Part shown: piece after piece, positions 19,831 to 29,820 of the stretch
Layout of the letters: every line of letters starts with the position of its first letter
How positions within the stretch are numbered: the stretch's first letter is position 1
Virus record (IMG/VR): IMGVR_UViG_3300032323_001868
Span: 1-64,000 of that record
DNA: 64,000 nucleotides
Source of the DNA: a virus
Strand: one strand, 5' to 3'
Position numbers and translations under genes: made by a program
Notes under the pieces: generated by a model
Database searches by the model: none
Told to the model about the DNA's origin: nothing
The model's input: the letters and a program-made list of their open reading frames with translations, nothing else

Positions 19831-20183
19831 TAGACTGCTCCAGTTACATCATCTACTACGGTTATTGTTCCTGTCAAAACAGTATAAATAACATCTGGAT
19901 CGGGGGTAGTGTCAGTGATCTGAACATCATAAAAATATGTGCCAGCACTTAAGGTTCTACCAACTGCGGGAGTAATAAGGCACCTAACAACAGAAGGCTC
20001 AATCTTGGTGGCACCTGCTGTAGTTTTTGTTCCAGATGCTCCTCTTTGATTAGCGATAGTAAATGCAACAGTTTCATATCCAGTTATACTAAAATCAGTT
20101 CCGTCTTGATTCTTTAAGGAGACATCAAACTCGTGTGTATCACCACGATAATACTTAAAGTCATGATTGCCTGGAAATGCCAT
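19830..20183 (-). CDS. BppU-N/Ig-like virion protein
   Basis: RGDT..F.V..YFYDVQ..GTITV..DVT; paralog of 38700 and 48762. Confidence 0.6.
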   Translation of the reverse strand: MAFPGNHDFKYYRGDTHEFDVSLKNQDGTDFSITGYETVAFTIANQRGASGTKTTAGATKIEPSVVRCLITPAVGRTLSAGTYFYDVQITDTTPDPDVIYTVLTGTITVVDDVTGAV

Positions 20184-20261
20184 GATGCCCCTTTTCTTAA
20201 TCGATTATATCATTGTTTAAATGAGTTGTTTTAAAGCCAAAAATAGGCTTAAAGTTAGGCT

Positions 20262-20801
20262 CTAGACTACCCCTTGTATCTCCGACCTTATTGTAAAACC
20301 TAGGTACTTTTCTATAGCATCCAACTCAGTTCTATCTACAAATAGTCCTTCATAAGTAAACTGCTCAATGTTAAATGATTTTATTTCTGATTGTATTTTT
20401 TTAACATCTTCAAGTTGCTCTTCATACTTATCTAAGATAATCTTTTTATACTCTTCCTCAGAAAGTTTGTGTGCTTTTTGACCCTTACGCCATGAGTTAA
20501 AGTGACTTGCTACAAGATAACTTTTAGTGGCTTCTTCTGTGTTATTTCTAGTCAAACCAATAACCTTATCAAACATTGAAAACAGTTGATTTGGATCTGA
20601 GAATTCTTCCATGCGAGAAAACCAATTGCCAACCGTTTTGACCACTATATTATCTGTATCCTTAAGAAGTTTGTAGTCATCAGCAAATTTATGGCTATCT
20701 CTAAATGGCTCATTTATAATCATTAAATCTGAACTATATCCTACAGCCCTCAGTAGACTAGTCGAGCCAGACCTTGCTTGCGCCACAATTAAAACCTTCA
20801 T
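20262..20801 (-). CDS. sulfotransferase-like P-loop protein
   Basis: AQARSGSTSL, NEPF, TYE. Confidence 0.65.
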   Translation of the reverse strand: MKVLIVAQARSGSTSLLRAVGYSSDLMIINEPFRDSHKFADDYKLLKDTDNIVVKTVGNWFSRMEEFSDPNQLFSMFDKVIGLTRNNTEEATKSYLVASHFNSWRKGQKAHKLSEEEYKKIILDKYEEQLEDVKKIQSEIKSFNIEQFTYEGLFVDRTELDAIEKYLGFTIRSEIQGVV

Positions 20802-20863
20802 GATTATAGTATATCCTATCCTTTGCTTTTAAGTTCGGCGAAAAATAGAGTTAACAAACCACC

Positions 20864-21094
20864 CTAAGCCCTAAAAGGGCTATATCGGTTAATAGCCTGA
20901 TTCGCCATCCTATTAGCATCTTCTTCTGTATGGGTATATCCATATGTCAAAATATCATTACCACTAAGCAAGGTCCACTTCCAAGGTATTGGATCTAACC
21001 TAAAATTGGTTTCAAGTTTCTTGGGGCTTCTACCATTATTTGGACCCTTTTTATATCTAGAAACATGCTCCTCAATTACAACTTTAATATCCAC
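20864..21094 (-). CDS. hypothetical protein
   Basis: ORF track, AGG RBS. Confidence 0.5.
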   Translation of the reverse strand: MDIKVVIEEHVSRYKKGPNNGRSPKKLETNFRLDPIPWKWTLLSGNDILTYGYTHTEEDANRMANQAINRYSPFRA

Positions 21095-21594
21095 CTAAGC
21101 ACACATTTCTAGTATGGTAAAGCCTGCTACTTATCAAAGTTTTGCGGGATGGAGCATAGATAGCCTCATCACAAGCACACTTAAAAGACCATTCCCTACC
21201 AAAGAAATCATATACCGCACCCTTGGCGTTAGCATATTTGTTGGCTACAAAGGTTTCAAATGGATCTGGGATTTCGTAACTATTCAAAGGACACCTGTGT
21301 TTCTTCAATGTGTACATTACAATTTACACAAGTTATCCTGCCATCCAGGTCTGTATCAAATACATGCTTGCACTGCGTCATTTATCGCTCTATCATAATC
21401 CAGACCCAGAATAGGTCTAAGTTTATGGAGTAGCGCTCAATGCTAAAGCCTAGCCCGAAGCGCTTGAAGGAGCCACCGTAGTAGACCCAGTGGTTTTTGA
21501 TTTTAATTTCTTTATACATGTATCTATTGTCTCAAAATTTAGGGTATATGTCAATAGCCAAAAATGTATAATGATGCTGACAAATACTTAAAAC

Positions 21595-22221
21595 CTATCT
21601 TTTAATAAATATACAGTTAGTTTGATTATCGTAGGCAGTAAATTCCCTAGTTAGAACAAACCCATGGATGTCTAAAAAATCTATTACATCTTGCCTTACC
21701 CATTGGTCTTTCCAAAACTGTATATGCTCAACCTCTATATAGATGGTTTGCACTTTTTCTAGTAGATCAGTTGCTCCAAGAAGAACTTCCCTGTTGGCTC
21801 CTTCAACATCCATCCATAAAGATATATTTTCGTCTTTTAAATCATTAAAATATGAGTCTAAAGTTGAACAATACACTTCTACTGGATCGCCATTTACTCT
21901 CCAAGATAGATTAAAATCTTTTATACTATTGTGACCTGCATCTGCTGGATTAAAGGCGGTATCTATATTAAAAGAAATAACTCCATTGTAATCAGCCATA
22001 GCCATATGAACATAATCAAAACCAGAGATAGTATCTTTAAACTTGTTATAGACTGCTGGAGATGCTTCAAAGGCTATTGACTTTATTCCTTTATCAGACA
22101 TCGCCTTAGAATATTCAGCACCATGGGCTCCTACTTCAATAGATAGGGTTGGATTAAAGGATAGTGCTGTTTTAATATATTCGTATAAGGAATGCTCGTG
22201 AGACAGGGACTCTATGTTCAT
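21595..22221 (-). CDS. FkbM-family methyltransferase
   Basis: EVGAHGA, AFEAS, TLDS, MDVEGA..VL.G. Confidence 0.8.
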   Translation of the reverse strand: MNIESLSHEHSLYEYIKTALSFNPTLSIEVGAHGAEYSKAMSDKGIKSIAFEASPAVYNKFKDTISGFDYVHMAMADYNGVISFNIDTAFNPADAGHNSIKDFNLSWRVNGDPVEVYCSTLDSYFNDLKDENISLWMDVEGANREVLLGATDLLEKVQTIYIEVEHIQFWKDQWVRQDVIDFLDIHGFVLTREFTAYDNQTNCIFIKR

Positions 22222-22739
22222 AGAACAAAGTCTATCACAAATTTCGGGGGAGTCAAGAGCCCATCTCTATAATACCCTTAGTATCAAGACATAGTTTGCA
22301 TATCTCAAAGAACATGGTTCCAGAAGCATCTAGCCTATAGTCATAGTCACAGACATGTGGGGTTTTTCTCATATCATTAAAGCGTTTCCATGGGTCGTCA
22401 ATAAATTCATTCATATACTCATTATAGCCCATATGCCCCATAGCCAGAGAACTTTATCCCCTGGTTTATTTACATAGCATGCAGTAGAAGGGTGCTCTTA
22501 AGTTATCTGGTGATGTGACTATAACCTGATTGCATTTAGAGCATTTTGCAGTTACCAAACCATCGTCTTCTAACTTTGATATATGAAGAAATGGGGTTTT
22601 GGTATAGTATAGTTTGCTCATATACCATGTAAATGCTATAAGAATTATTGCTTCCATATGTCTATAGTAGCACATGAAGGTTAACAGAAATGTCCGATTT
22701 GGGTGGTTTGATAGCATAATAAATCTTACTGATATTTTT

Positions 22740-23460
22740 TAGATTTTCTTATGGTGGAGGAAAGTGGAGTGAAATGGAGTATGGAGCGCTTTTATATCTG
22801 GGATCGTAATGTCTTGGGGGCCCCAAACCTCCTATCACAAAACCTTCATATTGTCAAACCTTCATATCCCGATAGCGGATTATACCCCCAAACCATGGTT
22901 TTGTCAAACCTTTATAGCCTAAAAACCCCTATAAATTTTGTAGGATTTTGTGAGATTTTTGTAGGATTTTGCAGAAAAAAATATATAAAGGTTTGGTAAA
23001 TATTTAAAAAACCAGGGAAAAAGGTTTGTCTATCGTAATGTCTTTTATACTAGGGGGTTTGGTACTACTTCGTAATCCCCCGCCAAAAACGCAGGGGATC
23101 GTAATGTCTGATAGGACTATTTGTCTTTGTGAAAGCGGGGGAATTTAAGAGTAGAAACAATCTTACCTATAATAGGAATAGATCCCAAACCTTTATATTC
23201 TGGTTTCTCACTATGCTGACTAAAGGTTTGTCCAACAAAGTAAGGACCACCTTTTCTTGAGAAATAGTTTCTAGTCATAATACCATTATACACCTGGTTT
23301 GACAGAAATAAGGTTTTATGATATAAGGTTTGGCCATGAATGGGGAAAAATATTCGTTCATCGTAATAAAGTTTTGGGGAAAAATTATAACGGATCGTAA
23401 TAAGGTTTTGAGGTTTGATGGTTTGTACGATATGTCCGATTTGATATGATTCGACGTCTG
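22740..23460. repeat. repeat-rich, largely non-coding zone (AAACC/GGTTT about 20x, TCGTAAT 6x)
   Basis: direct reading; contains one probable 53-aa leaderless ORF (23117..23278, minus). Confidence 0.65.
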
Positions 23461-23479
23461 ATCGAACGTCCCGCCCCTA

Positions 23480-23752
23480 CTACCGATTATTCTCGTAGTA
23501 GTAGGTTAGGATTTCTTCTAATGAATCAAACTCATCTTCTTCGTCTGCACCAATAGACTCCATAAACACTCGCCATGTTTCTGCTACATAGCGTTCAGCA
23601 TCTTTGGTTGGTGTGACAAGACCCTCATGGGTTAGATATGCAATCGGCAATCCCAAGTCGTTGTACTGAATAAAATCTTGGAACTCCTCTTCGTCTCTGT
23701 ACTCTGCATACAGTTTGTTAAGGATTTCACACATCTTAGAAAAGTCGGTCAT
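23480..23752 (-). CDS. hypothetical early protein
   Basis: ORF track; FIQYNDLGLPIAY. Confidence 0.65.
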   Translation of the reverse strand: MTDFSKMCEILNKLYAEYRDEEEFQDFIQYNDLGLPIAYLTHEGLVTPTKDAERYVAETWRVFMESIGADEEDEFDSLEEILTYYYENNR

Positions 23753-23969
23753 GGTTATATTCTACTCTCTTTTGTTCTACTAGGTCAAGTTGAAACTCTG
23801 CGGATTCTAATACTTCTAGAGCCCTGCGATAAACTAGATACGGAAGACTGCGTGACATATAGACACCAACTTTTTCTAGGTCAAGATGAAAGTCACTAAG
23901 TAGTACGCCAATCTTCTCTGCAACCTTTTCTTCCTTGCTCTTGGTGTCAGACCTGCTGATTCTATACAT
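23736..23969 (-). CDS. hypothetical early protein
   Basis: GAGGAG RBS. Confidence 0.65.
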   Translation of the reverse strand: MYRISRSDTKSKEEKVAEKIGVLLSDFHLDLEKVGVYMSRSLPYLVYRRALEVLESAEFQLDLVEQKRVEYNHDRLF

Positions 23970-24060
23970 AGTACTCCTCTCAATCCATTATATCAAAAAA
24001 GTGGAGAGGGGGCAAGCCCACCACAAACCTGCCCCCGTCTCATTATGTGGACGGTTGACC

Positions 24061-24432
24061 CTATACCGTCTCTTGCTCAGCGGAAATCATATCCAGGTGA
24101 TAACTAATAAACTTATCAATTGGCTTGGTTAGGTCACCAATAGTAACAGTATTATTAATTAGGTCGACTTCCTTGTACTCATACTGTTCCTCATGATTTA
24201 CTTCCCCAACATAAATACCATAACCAGTCTCAGTGTTATGGTCTTCTTGCAGGGCATTGATAATGATACGGGTAGCATATGCTGTATCATGCATCCGAAT
24301 GCGTGGCATTGCAAGGTCAAGGGCCCGTGCTAGGTCCATGACGCCAGAATCCCCACCCCAATGTGAGTATAGATTAATATTCTGGTTTGGGTCTTCAGTA
24401 GTTACGATAGTGAAATTGGTTCGTGCTCCCAT
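24061..24432 (-). CDS. hypothetical early protein
   Basis: GAAAGGA RBS; MGAR..LYSHWGG..YATRI. Confidence 0.7.
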   Translation of the reverse strand: MGARTNFTIVTTEDPNQNINLYSHWGGDSGVMDLARALDLAMPRIRMHDTAYATRIIINALQEDHNTETGYGIYVGEVNHEEQYEYKEVDLINNTVTIGDLTKPIDKFISYHLDMISAEQETV

Positions 24433-24495
24433 GGTAGGGTCCTTTCGGTAGTGTGGTTTAAATCAATGATATCAAATAGCGCTGCCTGTGTCCAA

Positions 24496-24828
24496 TTACT
24501 CATCAGGATCCAAATCCCCCTCAAAGTCGATAACTACTTTAGTAACTCTGCCTTCGTTATTTACCTGTACAAAAACAGGGTAGACGCCATCGCCGTAGCC
24601 AGTAGAAAATGCAACGGCTAATCCATTAGAAATCTCACCAAACTCATTTTTAACAGTAGTAGCAGATATACCTTGATAAGAGTACTGACCTTCTTTGCCT
24701 TCTAACTCCCATGGTTCGTTATGGCATGTGTCATAGCCATCTAGGTAGCACGGGTCACCTACAATTGCTTGTCCGCTGTCTACATGGAAAGACCCTGCAT
24801 AAGTTAAATCATTTAGTGTGGTGTTCAT
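24496..24828 (-). CDS. DUF4241-like protein
   Basis: VDSGQ..GDPCY...GYGDG.YPV. Confidence 0.6.
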   Translation of the reverse strand: MNTTLNDLTYAGSFHVDSGQAIVGDPCYLDGYDTCHNEPWELEGKEGQYSYQGISATTVKNEFGEISNGLAVAFSTGYGDGVYPVFVQVNNEGRVTKVVIDFEGDLDPDE

Positions 24829-25247
24829 GCTTTCTCCAATTCTAGTAGTTCTTCAAGTGTACAACAATTTGGGCATTTGTCAAACTCGCTGTATCTATCA
24901 TTAATTAGTTGGCCATCGTCTTCAGTCTCTGTACCGCAGCCCTCACAGCAATACCAGTAAGAGCCCATCTTGATTTGAATCGTGGTATTTTCAGGAACAG
25001 GCTTTTCGCTAATAAGATAACCAATCCTATTTACATAGTGCCAGCCTGACCAAATATAGGTGCCACCATCATCGCCATCTCCATACATCCAGATACGGTT
25101 TTCTGGCTTTGACTTGACATACTCTACCTCGTCACCGTAGGTTTCAAACATCAAACCATCTAATGAGGCATACTCATCATAGTTATTAACCATGAATTTG
25201 AATTGCTCATCTGCTTCTTCAAATGTCATTTCGATAAAGTTGTCCAT
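24825..25247 (-). CDS. hypothetical protein with C-terminal zinc ribbon
   Basis: FETYG, GWHYVNRIGY, CEGC..CPNC. Confidence 0.65.
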   Translation of the reverse strand: MDNFIEMTFEEADEQFKFMVNNYDEYASLDGLMFETYGDEVEYVKSKPENRIWMYGDGDDGGTYIWSGWHYVNRIGYLISEKPVPENTTIQIKMGSYWYCCEGCGTETEDDGQLINDRYSEFDKCPNCCTLEELLELEKA

Positions 25248-25418
25248 TATAGTTTCCCCTCAATGTTGGTGGAGTCACAGTCTGCACAGTGCCCATTGGA
25301 TACATCATCATACCAGTCTGTCTCTACATCTTCAAGTTCCCCCGCAGAATTATATATACCTAACTTGTGAGATGTTTCATCATACCAAAACTTATTAGTC
25401 TGGCCACAATCAAGGCAC

Positions 25419-25700
25419 TTAGGCATTCTTGTTAGTCCTATCTGATATAGCAAATGCTAGTTGATATGTAAGGGCATAGACACTAGACAAAGCGTCCATG
25501 TATCCTGAATTATATAAGCGCTCAACGGTGTCTTCATATTCCTCATCAGAACCAAGTTCATCAGAGTTCTCCAGCAGAGGCACGAGTATCTTCTCACACT
25601 CATACATCATATTCTTAAGTTCACCATGGAGGATATCAGTACCTGACTCTCCTAGGTCTACGAGTTTTTGCAGTCTTGGGTTTAGTTGTGTTGTTTCCAT
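25419..25700 (-). CDS. hypothetical early protein, predicted leaderless
   Basis: ATG falls exactly at predicted +1 of promoter 25707-25728. Confidence 0.65.
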   Translation of the reverse strand: METTQLNPRLQKLVDLGESGTDILHGELKNMMYECEKILVPLLENSDELGSDEEYEDTVERLYNSGYMDALSSVYALTYQLAFAISDRTNKNA

Positions 25701-25706
25701 TACTCT

Positions 25707-25728
25707 ATCATATCCTGTGCCACTGACA
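25707..25728 (-). promoter_or_regulatory. PafBC/RecA-NDp-type promoter
   Basis: TGTCAG-TGGCACAGGA-TATGAT. Confidence 0.7.
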
Positions 25729-25860
25729 AAAGGTGGCGGGTATTATAAATCTCAGCCTCTTTAGTCCTATAGAAATGATGACTATTAACATAGTCAATCT
25801 TCTCAAGGTCTTGCATAAGACTTATCTCATGTATCTTCATATACTCAATGAAGGCATGCA

Positions 25861-26043
25861 TTAGATTACTTCTTCATCTAGTTCGACTTCATCTTCTTCA
25901 TACTGTTCATCTACCTCAATAGAATAAACTTCAGGGAATCCGTAGTCCTCGTACTCCCAGCCCATCTTTTCTGCTTCTTCTTCGTTGTCTGCTTCTACTT
26001 CGTAGTTGTATTCTACAATCACCTTCAGGTCATACATTGGCAT
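25861..26043 (-). CDS. acidic hypothetical protein
   Basis: GAAAGGA RBS; EVEADNEEEAE. Confidence 0.65.
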   Translation of the reverse strand: MPMYDLKVIVEYNYEVEADNEEEAEKMGWEYEDYGFPEVYSIEVDEQYEEDEVELDEEVI

Positions 26044-26662
26044 TGTGGGATTTCCTTTCTGTGGTCTTAATATTAATTATAAGGGTTGGTGTTGATTTTT
26101 ACAACTTTTGAGGATGTGATACTAATCACAGGGGCCATCTGTTCTGGCTCTACCGCTGTTCTTACGACAAAGGTATCCAATGAGCAAACACAGGCGGGAT
26201 CGTGATTAGGAGTCTTATTAGTGATAACTTCCATCAGGGCATCACAATCAGTACAAACATAACTATACTTGGTCCACATAGGCAACCTCCATTAAATAAG
26301 CATCAGTATCACATACATCACATAGGTGTACATAATCACTGTCGTCCCAATTAGACATACACATGTTACACCTGGTCATCATCCCTCCCAATATTGCATA
26401 ATGGTATTCATTGTGATATGGAGATTGCAATCACAGTCTTCTCCACCCATGTTCTCATGGAACTCAAAGTGTGATAGGTTGTCCTCATAAATTTCCATTA
26501 CGAGTTCTGATATTGTGTATGGTTTGTAGGTGGTAGTCATATATTAATTGTAGCCTAGAACCTGGGAAAAATCAACTCTATCGTAATTACTTTTTTAATT
26601 GTATTTATTTAGTTACTGATAAGTATGTCCTATTTGTACCATTTTGGAACGTCCCGCATTTG

Positions 26663-26736
26663 CGATCTGTACGGGACTTGAACCCGTGATCTCTACCGTG
26701 ACAGGGTAGCGAATTAACCAACTATTCTAACAGACC
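26663..26736 (-). tRNA. tRNA-Asp(GTC)
   Basis: GGTCTGT/ACAGATC, CTACC-CTGTCAC-GGTAG, GGTTCAAGTCC; no CCA. Confidence 0.9.
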
Positions 26737-26738
26737 AG

Positions 26739-26767
26739 TGAGCAGTTTTATTTCATGCTCAGGAAAT
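26739..26767 (-). ncRNA. H-type pseudoknot repeat, copy B
   Basis: ATTTC-C-TGAGCA-T-GAAAT-AAAAC-TGCTCA. Confidence 0.72.
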
Positions 26768-26771
26768 TGTA

Positions 26772-27788
26772 TCATGCTAGTTGCATGACATTCTGCACAA
26801 CTTTCAGCAGACGATTCTTTTCTGCGTTGATAGCAGGGTCAAATCCACTTGCACTTGCAAGGATAGATTCGTTATTGCCACCTCGTGCTGTACGATACCA
26901 GTCAAGGCGTTCTGTAAGTGCATTGAAAGCGCCCCATGCAGAGCCAGCAATCATGCCGTTAAATTCGCCTGTGTAAATATCGTTGATAATATCTACCTTG
27001 TTCTCCCACTTCTTGACGGCACCCTTAGAATCTTTTTCAGGCTTAGGGTAAGCAGCGAGAATAATATCGTTGAATTGCTTAGCATTGACTTCCTTCTCGA
27101 ACATAGCCTTAGCCATGATGTCAAATTCGTCCATGTATGCATTAGCAAGACCAAGAGTCTCACGAGCAATCTGCACTTTACCATTGGCAGTCTGCGTGTG
27201 GCGAATCTTGAATGATTGCTTGATACCATTCTTCTTCTTGCGTGAGCCTAGTGCAAGATTAAGAGTATTAGCGCACACCACACGAACAGGTGTAATGCTT
27301 GCTTGAATAGCGATTGAGCCATCGTGTGATGTGTTGATGAGCAAATAAGTCTTTACCTTATCTGCAACACCGCTAGGGTCTAGTACAGTCTCACGCTCTA
27401 ATGCAAGAGAGCCGAATACTACACGCCCACCCTTGATAGCGCCAGCGGTTTCCCAACGACCACCACCATCTAGGATATTGTCACCGAATGAGAATAAGTC
27501 TTCATTCTGCAATACATGATAACGCTCACCAACTACACCAAGAACATCTGTCTGGGTATTAGTTGTAGGGTTAGTGCGTACGACATATTGGTATTCTTTG
27601 TCGCTTGTTAAGTGTGATGGAATTGGCATTTCTTCAAGACGAACATTCCAACCATTGAGGTTTGCAGCCTCTAGCATTTCTGCGGTTGTTTTTTCTTCTG
27701 TGAATACAGTACCCAATCCATGCCATGCAGGTTCACGGAAAGATGCAAAAGATGCCTTGCCGTTTTGTGATTCTAGGTCATGTGCCAT
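26772..27788 (-). CDS. DUF932 / TIGR03299-like phage protein
   Basis: REPAWHGLG, Y..LQN, ETAG...GG..VF, SHDGS, TPVRVVCANTL, RHT. Confidence 0.85.
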   Translation of the reverse strand: MAHDLESQNGKASFASFREPAWHGLGTVFTEEKTTAEMLEAANLNGWNVRLEEMPIPSHLTSDKEYQYVVRTNPTTNTQTDVLGVVGERYHVLQNEDLFSFGDNILDGGGRWETAGAIKGGRVVFGSLALERETVLDPSGVADKVKTYLLINTSHDGSIAIQASITPVRVVCANTLNLALGSRKKKNGIKQSFKIRHTQTANGKVQIARETLGLANAYMDEFDIMAKAMFEKEVNAKQFNDIILAAYPKPEKDSKGAVKKWENKVDIINDIYTGEFNGMIAGSAWGAFNALTERLDWYRTARGGNNESILASASGFDPAINAEKNRLLKVVQNVMQLA

Positions 27789-27820
27789 GAGTGTTTCTCC
27801 TTTTTGTTGTTGATAATATA

Positions 27821-27842
27821 ACTATACACCAAGCCAGCGACA
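27821..27842 (-). promoter_or_regulatory. PafBC/RecA-NDp-type promoter
   Basis: TGTCGC-TGGCTTGGTG-TATAGT. Confidence 0.6.
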
Positions 27843-27953
27843 TATGCAAATCAGGATAGTTAGATGTGTACAAATCGGACATTTTTAAGGGTGTCGTAAT
27901 TCACATCGTAAATACTTGACAAGATCAACTTTTGCGGGACGTGCAATAAAAAG

Positions 27954-27984
27954 TGAGCCGTTTACATGGACAATGCTCAGGTCC
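27954..27984 (-). ncRNA. H-type pseudoknot repeat, copy C
   Basis: GGAC-C-TGAGCA-TT-GTCC-ATGTAAAC-GGCTCA. Confidence 0.62.
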
Positions 27985-28030
27985 CTTGCCTAGTTTAAAG
28001 ACATTCGACATGTCTATTAGTAGCCCCCTA

Positions 28031-28483
28031 CTAAATATTATCCTCTGCCTGAATTGAGCGGGTATCAACATTGAAATCATCGATTGAATAATCAAATGAG
28101 TCAACACTGAATTCAAGTGTGTTGGCCACATCATCTGCGTCAACATCAAATGGTACTTCAATCTCAATCTCAAACTCTACAACTGCATTAACAGTTACAG
28201 TCTTGGTTAGTTCAAAGTCACCAATCTGTGCAAACATCTCTGCAACCTCGTGAGTGAACTCACGGTTACCAAGGCATTCAATAACATATTCTTTGATTGC
28301 ATCCTTGGTTGCTTGGTGTGCTCGTTGTTCTGCATACAATGATTGTGAGTGTTCGGATGAACGGTCCTGCAATGAGACAATCATCGCATCCTTCTTCTCA
28401 ATTAATTCCTGCAGCGCTACAGCCTGATTCTGAAGAAATTCTCGTGTCATGTAGTATTCATTGGTTAGTACTGGCTGGTCCAT
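28031..28483 (-). CDS. hypothetical early protein (coiled-coil N half)
   Basis: GAAAGAGG RBS. Confidence 0.7.
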   Translation of the reverse strand: MDQPVLTNEYYMTREFLQNQAVALQELIEKKDAMIVSLQDRSSEHSQSLYAEQRAHQATKDAIKEYVIECLGNREFTHEVAEMFAQIGDFELTKTVTVNAVVEFEIEIEVPFDVDADDVANTLEFSVDSFDYSIDDFNVDTRSIQAEDNI

Positions 28484-28515
28484 GGGGGCCTCTTTCTGTT
28501 GTTGTTATTAATATA

Positions 28516-28537
28516 AGTCTAGCAGCGGGTACCGACA
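28516..28537 (-). promoter_or_regulatory. PafBC-type promoter, full consensus
   Basis: TGTCGG-TACCCGCTGC-TAGACT. Confidence 0.75.
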
Positions 28538-28576
28538 AATGCAACTTAATGGTCTTAATAGTCTTACATATTGGGA

Positions 28577-28592
28577 TGTGATTAATCTCACA
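28577..28592. promoter_or_regulatory. CRP/GlxR-type box
   Basis: TGTGA-TTAATC-TCACA. Confidence 0.7.
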
Positions 28593-28616
28593 CTGCACGT
28601 CGCAAAAAACAGTGAG

Positions 28617-28645
28617 TGAGCAGTTTTATATCATGCTCAGGATAT
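28617..28645 (-). ncRNA. H-type pseudoknot repeat, copy D
   Basis: ATATC-C-TGAGCA-T-GATAT-AAAAC-TGCTCA. Confidence 0.72.
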
Positions 28646-28649
28646 TTAA

Positions 28650-28820
28650 TTACTTAGATGTTTTCACCATTGCAAATCGGTGTGAGCCGTTTGCTAACTT
28701 TAGTGAAACTCTAGTAAGTTTAGAGTTGATAGGTGTGAAGTTGCTAATGCGACCAGTAACACCTGTCTTGCTTGTGGTGAACAGATCACCGATTTGATAT
28801 GTATATCCGCCTAGTGTCAT
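28650..28820 (-). CDS. small beta-rich (SH3/KOW-like) protein, 56 aa
   Basis: MTLGGYTYQIGDLFTTSKTGVTG..; AAAGGA RBS; paralog of 29537..29698. Confidence 0.7.
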   Translation of the reverse strand: MTLGGYTYQIGDLFTTSKTGVTGRISNFTPINSKLTRVSLKLANGSHRFAMVKTSK

Positions 28821-28858
28821 TTGTTTTTTCCTTTTGTTAGTGGTGGTATTAAATTGTG

Positions 28859-28887
28859 TGAGCAGTTTTGGCTCTTACTCAGGAGGT
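28859..28887 (-). ncRNA. H-type pseudoknot repeat, copy E (short stem 1)
   Basis: CTC-C-TGAGTA-A-GAG-CCAAAAC-TGCTCA. Confidence 0.55.
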
Positions 28888-28989
28888 CTGCTTCTTTAGG
28901 TCTGCAGTAACCTTGCTCTATAGTATTTCTATTATCGCCCTAATCAGCCTGGCGAAATGAGTGGGGCTTTTACACCCCACCCAACTTTG

Positions 28990-29412
28990 CTAGAGGTAGC
29001 GAGCCACCGCATTGTATGTTGAAGTATTAACTACTTCTTCATCTGTCATCTTGAGGATACGAATTGCGTTTGTGATTTCTTCCTTCTGCTCACGATATGT
29101 GTGCTGATGGATAACCTCGAAATCCTTAGTTGGCTCTGTTGGCATATCCTTTTCGGATACTGTCAAATCGAAGTCAATGTTAAGGCAGTTATTCCATGAA
29201 CGATATGAAGTGCGGAAGTTTTCTGCCTTCTTGATGTTTGCTACTGCATAGTCAATAAGTTCCTTCTTATACTTCTCATACTGCTTTTGATACTTTGCTT
29301 CGTTGGCTTCTTGTGATGTGTAGTCTGCTTCTAGTTTAGCAAGTGCGCCTTCTAGTGCCTTGATTACCTTTGGTGTTGCGATTTTAACTGAGATTGCTTT
29401 TGCTCTTGACAT
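28990..29412 (-). CDS. hypothetical early protein
   Basis: AAAGGA RBS, strong codon bias. Confidence 0.75.
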   Translation of the reverse strand: MSRAKAISVKIATPKVIKALEGALAKLEADYTSQEANEAKYQKQYEKYKKELIDYAVANIKKAENFRTSYRSWNNCLNIDFDLTVSEKDMPTEPTKDFEVIHQHTYREQKEEITNAIRILKMTDEEVVNTSTYNAVARYL

Positions 29413-29459
29413 GGTGTTCCTTTTCTTTGGTGGTTGATATTTCTATTATAGGGGGTGGA

Positions 29460-29487
29460 TAAGCCTTTTTGCAACTTGCTTAGGTTG
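29460..29487 (-). ncRNA. H-type pseudoknot repeat, variant copy G
   Basis: CAAC-C-TAAGCA-A-GTTG-CAAAAA-GGCTTA (compensated stem 2). Confidence 0.6.
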
Positions 29488-29536
29488 GTTCACGCCTCTT
29501 GTTTATAGTGGCTGTACGCTAACCACTATGAAAGGC

Positions 29537-29698
29537 TTACGCCTTCCAAGTTGTCCAGCGTGTTGAGCCATTTACATCTAACTTAACACGAACTGTGTCC
29601 TTTGATGTTGGTACGATTTCAACGATTGTGCCTGTGACCTTTGACTTCTGTGAAGTGTAAGTGTCGCCGACCTTGTATGTTGCTACTGCTACTGTCAT
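29537..29698 (-). CDS. small beta-rich (SH3/KOW-like) protein, 53 aa
   Basis: MTVAVATYKVGDTYTSQKSKVTG..; GAAAGGA RBS. Confidence 0.7.
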   Translation of the reverse strand: MTVAVATYKVGDTYTSQKSKVTGTIVEIVPTSKDTVRVKLDVNGSTRWTTWKA

Positions 29699-29804
29699 GT
29701 TTTTTCCTTTTCTGTGTTGGTTTGTTATATTTCTAGTATATCCGAGAAATCTCAGAAATACAATTCCTAGCCTAGAGAATCTCATATTTTGAGACCCTTT
29801 CCCC

Positions 29805-29820
29805 TGTGATATAGGTCACA
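29805..29820. promoter_or_regulatory. CRP/GlxR-type box
   Basis: TGTGA-TATAGG-TCACA. Confidence 0.7.

Noticed and set aside
22751-22999. Tracked 82-aa plus-strand ORF and other antisense ORFs (e.g. 26781..27215, 34230..34553, 38681..39199, 55960..56388)
   Set aside because: They run across repeat/regulatory DNA or antisense to well-supported genes, with no RBS or motifs.
23451-23475. LexA SOS box (TCGAAC)
   Set aside because: No matching GTTCGA half-site.
28921-28956. Hammerhead-like CTGAT..GAAA on the minus strand
   Set aside because: Core reads CTGATTA rather than CTGANGA and the three stems cannot be formed.
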